Virus record (IMG/VR): IMGVR_UViG_3300013121_000047
Coordinates: 1-64,000 of that record
Source of the DNA: a virus
Taxonomy: Duplodnaviria; Caudoviricetes
Strand: one strand, 5' to 3'
Length of the DNA stretch: 64,000 nt
Below the pieces are notes generated by a model. That model saw nothing but the letters and a program-made list of their open reading frames with translations, made no database searches and had not been told where the DNA came from. Both the position numbers and the translations under genes were made by a program. This document shows, piece after piece, positions 58,163-64,000 of the stretch. Position 1 is the stretch's first letter. Each line of letters opens with the position of its first letter.

Positions 58163-58780
58163 TTATTTTTTAAAATATTCAGCTATAAAAAGATCGGGAA
58201 AATCTTTTGGTGATGATATTGCAATAATTTTTCCATATGGGTGAACACTTGGTTTCGCAACCTCAAGGAGATCTTGAAAATTAGGTGCAAACATTATTTC
58301 GTCAAATAAAACATAAGAAACAGACTCACCTTTAAAAGAAGATATTGTAGGCGGAAGAATTTTAATTGAAGCACCGTTACTGAACTGAATCTTGGTATTT
58401 GTTTCATTTTCTAGTTTCAGATATTTCGTAAACCAAGCTGGCAATAAAGTAAGTTGATACTTAATTTTTTGTAGAAGATATTTACCTGATGCAAACGAAC
58501 TAGCACAAATTATTGAAGACGCGCCGAAAAGTACAGCATTCTGTATTGCAAAAGCAATTAAAAAAGAAGTTTTACCAATTTGTCTTTTAGCAAAAAGAAA
58601 ATCTCCTGAAGGAGAATTGTTTATTCTTTCATTGAAAAATTTTTGATAATCATTAAAAATAAATGGTATATTACCTTTAACGGGGTTTTGTAAAAATAAA
58701 CATTCCTTTGAAAAGAGTGAAAGGTCATTTTTATAGTCTTCTATTTTCGTTTTTTCGTTAATAAGATTGATTATAGACAT
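58163..58780 (-). CDS. Terminase ATPase-domain-only paralog
   Basis: QNPVKGNIPF.FNDYQ, KRQIGKTS, FSNGASI, GESVSYVLFDE, ISSP; ends before the nuclease domain. Confidence 0.82.
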   Translation of the reverse strand: MSIINLINEKTKIEDYKNDLSLFSKECLFLQNPVKGNIPFIFNDYQKFFNERINNSPSGDFLFAKRQIGKTSFLIAFAIQNAVLFGASSIICASSFASGKYLLQKIKYQLTLLPAWFTKYLKLENETNTKIQFSNGASIKILPPTISSFKGESVSYVLFDEIMFAPNFQDLLEVAKPSVHPYGKIIAISSPKDFPDLFIAEYFKK

Positions 58781-58809
58781 AGTATTCCTTAACTATATCA
58801 TAATATTAG

Positions 58810-59253
58810 TTATTTTACTTGGATTAATGCAAAAACTTTAAAAACTGAGGTTTTTTGAACACTATAGATCTGATAGGATAATGGATCAGAAGTTTCTTGG
58901 ATCGAATTATCTAACAATTCGAGCTTTATTTTCTTTTTAGCTGGTTCAGTGTTTTCATTTTTTGAAAGAACTTCGTTACTTTTGGCAATCTCGCTTAATT
59001 TTTCATAATCTTCTTCAATTTTTTTCATCCTTTTTTGAATATCGCTCAAAGCATCTTGTCGCCATTTTCTTTGAAGTTCTAATTTTACGGATTGATGTCC
59101 AGCAGAAACAAACGATTGATGGACAACTTTTATTAAAGTTTCATCGGCAGCTTCAAATTTTATCCAATGAGTGTTTCTTTCATCTTGTCCAGAATTCTGA
59201 GCCAGGGCGTTTGCTAATCTTTGATAAGTTAAATAATTTTTTACCTGTGACAT
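58810..59253 (-). CDS. Hypothetical protein (late motif upstream)
   Basis: TAATTA 8 nt upstream. Confidence 0.5.
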   Translation of the reverse strand: MSQVKNYLTYQRLANALAQNSGQDERNTHWIKFEAADETLIKVVHQSFVSAGHQSVKLELQRKWRQDALSDIQKRMKKIEEDYEKLSEIAKSNEVLSKNENTEPAKKKIKLELLDNSIQETSDPLSYQIYSVQKTSVFKVFALIQVK

Positions 59254-59264
59254 TATGAAAATAA

Positions 59265-59537
59265 TTATTCAAAGTCCACAGATATTTTGTTATTCTTTTT
59301 TCGTTTGTTTATGTATTTTTTAAAAAATTCAGAATTCACATCAACTGATATCTGAGCTTTAATAAAGGTTGTTTCACATAAAAAACAACATTTTGATTCC
59401 TTGTAAGATAAAATATCATCAAATGTTCTCATGGCAAACTCACAAATTGGACAAAAAACTGGTATCACCACATGATTTTTCGGAGCAAACACGTAAAAAT
59501 TTTCTTTGATACTTTCCATAAATTTAATGATAGTCAA
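59265..59537 (-). CDS. Small Zn-binding hypothetical protein
   Basis: CPIC...CFLC. Confidence 0.5.
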   Translation of the reverse strand: MTIIKFMESIKENFYVFAPKNHVVIPVFCPICEFAMRTFDDILSYKESKCCFLCETTFIKAQISVDVNSEFFKKYINKRKKNNKISVDFE

Positions 59538-62500
59538 TTTTAGACTGTTTTGTTTCTGCGTTTTGTGAAATCTCTATTATTTGATCCATATACTCTTTGA
59601 GTGATTGAATATGCGTTATGACATATATGGTTTTAAACTTTTCTTTTAGCTTATATAAAAGTTTAACAACATTTCCTAGATTATTTTGATCTAAAGCGTC
59701 AAAACCTTCATCAATTATCAAAGAATCTAATTTGGGGAGCGGCGTAAGTTGCATGAGTGCAGCTCTAATAACCAAAGAAGAAATCATTTTTTCCATACCA
59801 GATGCCAATTCTATAATCCTTGTTGATTTTTCATCTTCGATAAAAATGTCTAATGTATTTACTCCGACCTCGGTTTGAAATTTTAGTTTAAAATCGACCA
59901 CATCAGCAAGGTAATCGTTAATCAATTTATTTATTATTGGCAATTGCGAATTTAACAACATTGCAGGAATACCATTTTTTGAAAATGCATCCAGGATTGA
60001 TTCGAGAAGCTTAACTTTTTTAACTAATTCCTCTTTAGTTTTTATAGAAGACTCAATATTTTCGATGGAATTTTCATTTTTTCCTATCTCCAGTATTAAA
60101 GTATTTAGTTTTTGATACAAGTGTTTCTTGGCATTTATTTTTTCGGTTTTTAGCTCATTTATTCCTGATAAAACAAAAAGTTTTTCGCATTTAGTTTTAT
60201 ACTCTTCTTTTTTCTCTTTTAATTCGGTAACATCATTTTCTAATATTGGAATCAGTTTTTCCTTCTTTAACGAAAGTTGCATTTTCAACTCAGAGCTTTT
60301 TTGTTTTAAACTTTTTATTTCATTTTCCAAATTATTTAAATTTTTCTTTTCTTCATTTAAGAGTAAATTAATACTATTAAATAATTCAACTTTTGCCTGT
60401 GCTTCTTCTTCATTAAAACCTAAGCTAAGAATTTCAAATTCAATATCCTTTAAATCAATTTTTGCTTGGTGCGCATCTTTTATATACACACAACTTGGAA
60501 AAGCATCTCCACACGGAACAATTTCTAGTTTTTTAACTACCTTTTTTGAATTTTCTAGATCTTTTTTCAGTAAAGAAATTTTCGCTTTCAAACTAGAAAG
60601 TTTTCTATATTCCTCTTCAAGAAGTGAAAGTTCATTTTTTATAGTTTCTATCTCTTCAATTTTAAGTTGAAAAAGTTCTTCTTTTTGTTTTAAAGTAGTT
60701 TCTTTTGTCTCTAGTAAAATTTTTAGTGTCTCGCAGTTTTTAATTTCAGTTGATAGTTCCAGCTCTTTCTTTGAAAGAAGAGCTGAAGTTGATATTAAGT
60801 TCTGGTGAAAGAAATTATATTCTTTTATATCTGGTAAATTTTCGATTTCTTCTTCTAATAAAGAAATCTGTTCTTCAGTTAGAGATTTTTCATTAAGAAG
60901 ATCTGCTAAAATTTCTTTTGAAGACGACAAATCTTCTTCTGCTTTAATTTTATCATAATTTTTTAATTCTCCCTTTTTCAGTATATTATATTCTTCGCTA
61001 ACAGAAGAATGAAGTTGTTTAAAAATATCTAAATCCAGAAACCGATTTAATAGTTCTTTTCTGGAAGTTGCGCCTGAGTTGATAAATGAATTAATCTGAC
61101 CCTGCGCAGAAAGTGATGTGAATAAAAAGTCGTCTGGTGTACCTATTATATTTCGCAGTACTTTTTCCGTATCTGTTCTTGATATTGAGTTTTCATTTTT
61201 AAGTTCGTATTGCGAACCGTTTCTATCCAATTTAAATAGCTTTAATGAAGTTGCCGCTTTATCTTCTTCTTCCAATTTTCTGTTCTTATTTTTCTGAATC
61301 TGTTTTTCTATTTTTCTTTCTAAGAGATACTTTTGCCCCGAAACATTAAACAATAATCTCATACTTGCATCTTTTTCTCGATTATTTACAACAAATGCAG
61401 ATTTTACAGGGGCTCTATCTGTTACATTATAAAGTGTAAGCGCTAGTGACCCAATTAGCGAAGATTTTCCGATTCGATTTTTTCCGTGAATACCAACTAA
61501 ACCATTTAATTTATTAAAATTAACTTTATTTTCTTTTCCATAAGAAAGAACATTGTCAAATTCATAGCTTTCAAGCTTTATAATTGCATCTCTTACTTGA
61601 TCGGATATCCCAGATAATTTTTCCAAATTTTCTTCAATTATCTTTTTAGCCTGTTCCTTGTCTATAGATTTATAATTCGAAATATTTCTTTCAATAAATT
61701 TCACATATAATTCTTTAATTTTTTCCTTATTTGTTTTTAACTCTTCTTTTGTAATCGATTCGCCTTGCAAATCTACTGAGTCAACAGTCAACAAAATTGA
61801 ATCGTCTATATCTACTGATTTTGCTCCTAGTTTAGTACAGCCAAAAGTTTTCAAAGAAAGTTTGTCATTATCTGATATTCTTGTGTTGCTTTTAATTCTA
61901 AGTTTCCAACCATGGGAAACCTTGTATTTTTGAACTAAAGATAATGTTACCTCTTGTGTTTTTTCCAAACTTTCTTCAAATGAAACCGTAAGAAAAAGGT
62001 AAGGATTAGGCACTTTAACAAATGATTTACTAAAATTTGTTTTCGACTCAATCTCCCAAACAGTGAAACCTTTGTCTAAGGATTCGCCGAAATCAAGCTG
62101 AGATAGACTTCCTGGATAATGAATCTTTCCATTTCTATCCATATCCTGTCGTTTGTGGATATCTCCTAAGAATCCGTAATCCACTACATTGAAAAAACTA
62201 TTGTCGATATCCGCTTCAGTAGAAGCGATCCCGTTTTCATAAACACACCCCAAAACAGAACCATGAAAAACTGCAATGTTAATTTTGTCTTTTTCAATTT
62301 TAGAAGACAATGGTTTCCATCCATCTTGATCAAAAAGAGAATAGAATAGAAAATTTACATTTTCCTTTTTAAAAGACTCTGATTTCTTATGAAGGTGAAG
62401 ATTTTTTTTATTTAAAGCTTTAATGATTGGAGAAATAGCATCTTCTCTTTGGTCATTTTTCAAATTTCCATCGTGATTGCCTAAAATTATATGAGTTTCA

Positions 62501-62715
62501 GCCACTTCTGCTAAAGAATTAAAAAAATCTACAAGTAACGAAATTGACTCTGGTGTAATGTTTTCAGTTTTAGTGTGAAAAATATCACCTGCTAAAACGA
62601 TACAGTCAACATTTTCTTTTTTTATTTTAGAAAAAAAGTTATCTAAAATAATTTTATTTTCATGAATTCTCTCTTTTCCTTGTATGTGAATATCAGCTAA
62701 ATGTGCTATTTTCAT
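59524..62715 (-). CDS. Fused SbcD/Mre11 (gp47) nuclease and SbcC/Rad50 (gp46) ATPase
   Basis: ADIH, GDIFH, GNHD, GDIH; GKNRIGKSS, coiled coil, ASGME, LIIDEGF, ITH. Confidence 0.92.
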   Translation of the reverse strand: MKIAHLADIHIQGKERIHENKIILDNFFSKIKKENVDCIVLAGDIFHTKTENITPESISLLVDFFNSLAEVAETHIILGNHDGNLKNDQREDAISPIIKALNKKNLHLHKKSESFKKENVNFLFYSLFDQDGWKPLSSKIEKDKINIAVFHGSVLGCVYENGIASTEADIDNSFFNVVDYGFLGDIHKRQDMDRNGKIHYPGSLSQLDFGESLDKGFTVWEIESKTNFSKSFVKVPNPYLFLTVSFEESLEKTQEVTLSLVQKYKVSHGWKLRIKSNTRISDNDKLSLKTFGCTKLGAKSVDIDDSILLTVDSVDLQGESITKEELKTNKEKIKELYVKFIERNISNYKSIDKEQAKKIIEENLEKLSGISDQVRDAIIKLESYEFDNVLSYGKENKVNFNKLNGLVGIHGKNRIGKSSLIGSLALTLYNVTDRAPVKSAFVVNNREKDASMRLLFNVSGQKYLLERKIEKQIQKNKNRKLEEEDKAATSLKLFKLDRNGSQYELKNENSISRTDTEKVLRNIIGTPDDFLFTSLSAQGQINSFINSGATSRKELLNRFLDLDIFKQLHSSVSEEYNILKKGELKNYDKIKAEEDLSSSKEILADLLNEKSLTEEQISLLEEEIENLPDIKEYNFFHQNLISTSALLSKKELELSTEIKNCETLKILLETKETTLKQKEELFQLKIEEIETIKNELSLLEEEYRKLSSLKAKISLLKKDLENSKKVVKKLEIVPCGDAFPSCVYIKDAHQAKIDLKDIEFEILSLGFNEEEAQAKVELFNSINLLLNEEKKNLNNLENEIKSLKQKSSELKMQLSLKKEKLIPILENDVTELKEKKEEYKTKCEKLFVLSGINELKTEKINAKKHLYQKLNTLILEIGKNENSIENIESSIKTKEELVKKVKLLESILDAFSKNGIPAMLLNSQLPIINKLINDYLADVVDFKLKFQTEVGVNTLDIFIEDEKSTRIIELASGMEKMISSLVIRAALMQLTPLPKLDSLIIDEGFDALDQNNLGNVVKLLYKLKEKFKTIYVITHIQSLKEYMDQIIEISQNAETKQSKIDYH

Positions 62716-63785
62716 GTTAGTTTTTCTAAAAGTCTTTCTTTTTTTGTTTTTGGATACCAGACAAATTCTTCTACAAATTCAAGTTTATTTTGAATACCTA
62801 ATTCCTGTAATTCCGCATAATCTTTTGCGTTATCATGTTTTATATTTGCTATAATAATTTTTGTACCAAAATCTCGAAGAATACTCAAGTTTTGAGCAAT
62901 TGTATTATATTTTTTTACTTCATTTTTATCCAACGATATTCTTAATATCTCAGGTTTAAATTCAAATAACCATTCACTTAACTTAGAAGTATTCTCTAAA
63001 CTTGAACCAAGAATAGGTATTGTATTTTTATATGGACTACAAATATAATCGAAGGGTCCTTCGACAAGAGTAATTTCTTTTAAAGAAGTGTCAATAAAGC
63101 CATGATTAAATATAATTTTTTTAGCAATAGAAGAATTTGTATACTTGGATTTCAAATCCGAGTCAACAAATAATCTGGCCGTGTAAAAATCAAATTCAAG
63201 ATCGCTATTAATCGAAGGAAATATAATCCTATTTTCCAATAGGAATTTTTCTTTATAATTTTTATACGAATAAAGAATTGATATGTTGTTATCCCATACT
63301 TGTTGTTCAGTCAATTTTCTTTTTTCAAACAAATATTTATTTGCTTTCACAAAAATATTTTTATAGATTGGATTTGTTGGCATTTTTAAAGCTAAAGATA
63401 TTTGTTCTGGTAAGCAGAATTTATTTTCTATCTGAGGTTTATTACCTAAAATAATAGACTCTATTTTTTCTTGAAAAGAAGAACCTGTAATAAAATCTTG
63501 ATTTAAGATTTTTGTTTTATCTTGAAATTTTTCAATATATTCTTTTAATAAAGATTTCTTATAATTATAAATAAGCTTAAATAAATTTCTACTTTTATAA
63601 CCACAAACCCAGCAATGTAAAGCAAAATCAGTTGTTCTTATAACAAGTTTCTTTTTATCATAAGAAAATCCTTTTTTCTCTTTGCATATTGGACAAACCA
63701 CACTAACATTTAATCCAGCATTTGAAGTTTGACAGTCTCCAAAACACCTTTCCAAAAAGTCCAATGTTTCAAGTTTCGAAGGCAT
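62712..63785 (-). CDS. DNA primase (gp61/DnaG-type)
   Basis: CPIC...CWVC Zn finger, RIIFP, LVEGPFD TOPRIM. Confidence 0.85.
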   Translation of the reverse strand: MPSKLETLDFLERCFGDCQTSNAGLNVSVVCPICKEKKGFSYDKKKLVIRTTDFALHCWVCGYKSRNLFKLIYNYKKSLLKEYIEKFQDKTKILNQDFITGSSFQEKIESIILGNKPQIENKFCLPEQISLALKMPTNPIYKNIFVKANKYLFEKRKLTEQQVWDNNISILYSYKNYKEKFLLENRIIFPSINSDLEFDFYTARLFVDSDLKSKYTNSSIAKKIIFNHGFIDTSLKEITLVEGPFDYICSPYKNTIPILGSSLENTSKLSEWLFEFKPEILRISLDKNEVKKYNTIAQNLSILRDFGTKIIIANIKHDNAKDYAELQELGIQNKLEFVEEFVWYPKTKKERLLEKLT

Positions 63786-63827
63786 GGCTAAAATAGATAG
63801 CCAACATATTAGCCATTGGCAACCAGT

Positions 63828-64000
63828 TTAAATTTTCTTAGCGCCTTTACCCTGCACGATGTGGTAGTAACTTGCCCTAGTTTTTCTTTTTAAAGGAGAA
63901 TGATTTAATTTTTCTGATGAAAGATTCAGCTGAAATTCATTGTTTACGACTTTCGTTTCCCAATATATTGCGACATAGCCTTCATACTTTTCATCAAAAT
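63828..64000 (-). CDS. 3' end of a hypothetical gene entering from outside the window
   Basis: Open frame FDEKYEGYVAIYW...KGAKKI ending in TAA at 63828. Confidence 0.5.
   Translation of the reverse strand, partial: FDEKYEGYVAIYWETKVVNNEFQLNLSSEKLNHSPLKRKTRASYYHIVQGKGAKKI

Noticed and set aside
60128-60670. 180-aa Phe/Ser-rich ORF on the + strand
   Set aside because: Antisense shadow of the Lys/Glu coiled coil of SbcC
1-64000. CRISPR array, tRNA or rRNA genes; alternative genetic code
   Set aside because: No regularly spaced repeats or cloverleaf seen in the short intergenic gaps; conserved genes are intact under code 11 and all three stops are used

Overview
AT-rich fragment of a large (jumbo-type) myovirus genome with T4-superfamily morphogenesis genes, standard genetic code. 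It holds a baseplate/tail block (tube initiator, LysM-like wedge, hub, neck gp13/14/15-like, two ~1000-aa tail sheaths, tail tube) and a head block (gp23 major capsid protein, scaffold, gp21 protease, gp20 portal, gp17 terminase). It also has an SbcD-SbcC fusion, primase, DnaJ, an intein-containing GroEL, thioredoxin, a Dps-like protein and an HNH-RNA ligase fusion. Most notable: (1) two, possibly three, stand-alone copies of the capsid protein A-domain under a near-consensus sigma70 promoter, plus an ATPase-only terminase copy, which are candidate decoys for capsid/terminase-sensing host immunity; (2) unrelated proteins, including three minimal kinases, that share an N-terminal K(L/I)xx(L/I/F)IFE leader resembling the T4 capsid-targeting/gp21-cleavage signal, i.e. 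candidate virion-packaged injected effectors; (3) a ~15-member paralog family in two tandem arrays; (4) a class-3 (Pro1, W-C-T) intein in the GroEL GDGTTT motif with a -1 frameshift; (5) a TA(A/T/G)TTA putative late promoter before ~22 structural/late genes; (6) a catalytically dead stand-alone Hint-like protein. No tRNA, rRNA or CRISPR array was seen. All homology calls come from motif recognition by eye, not database searches.
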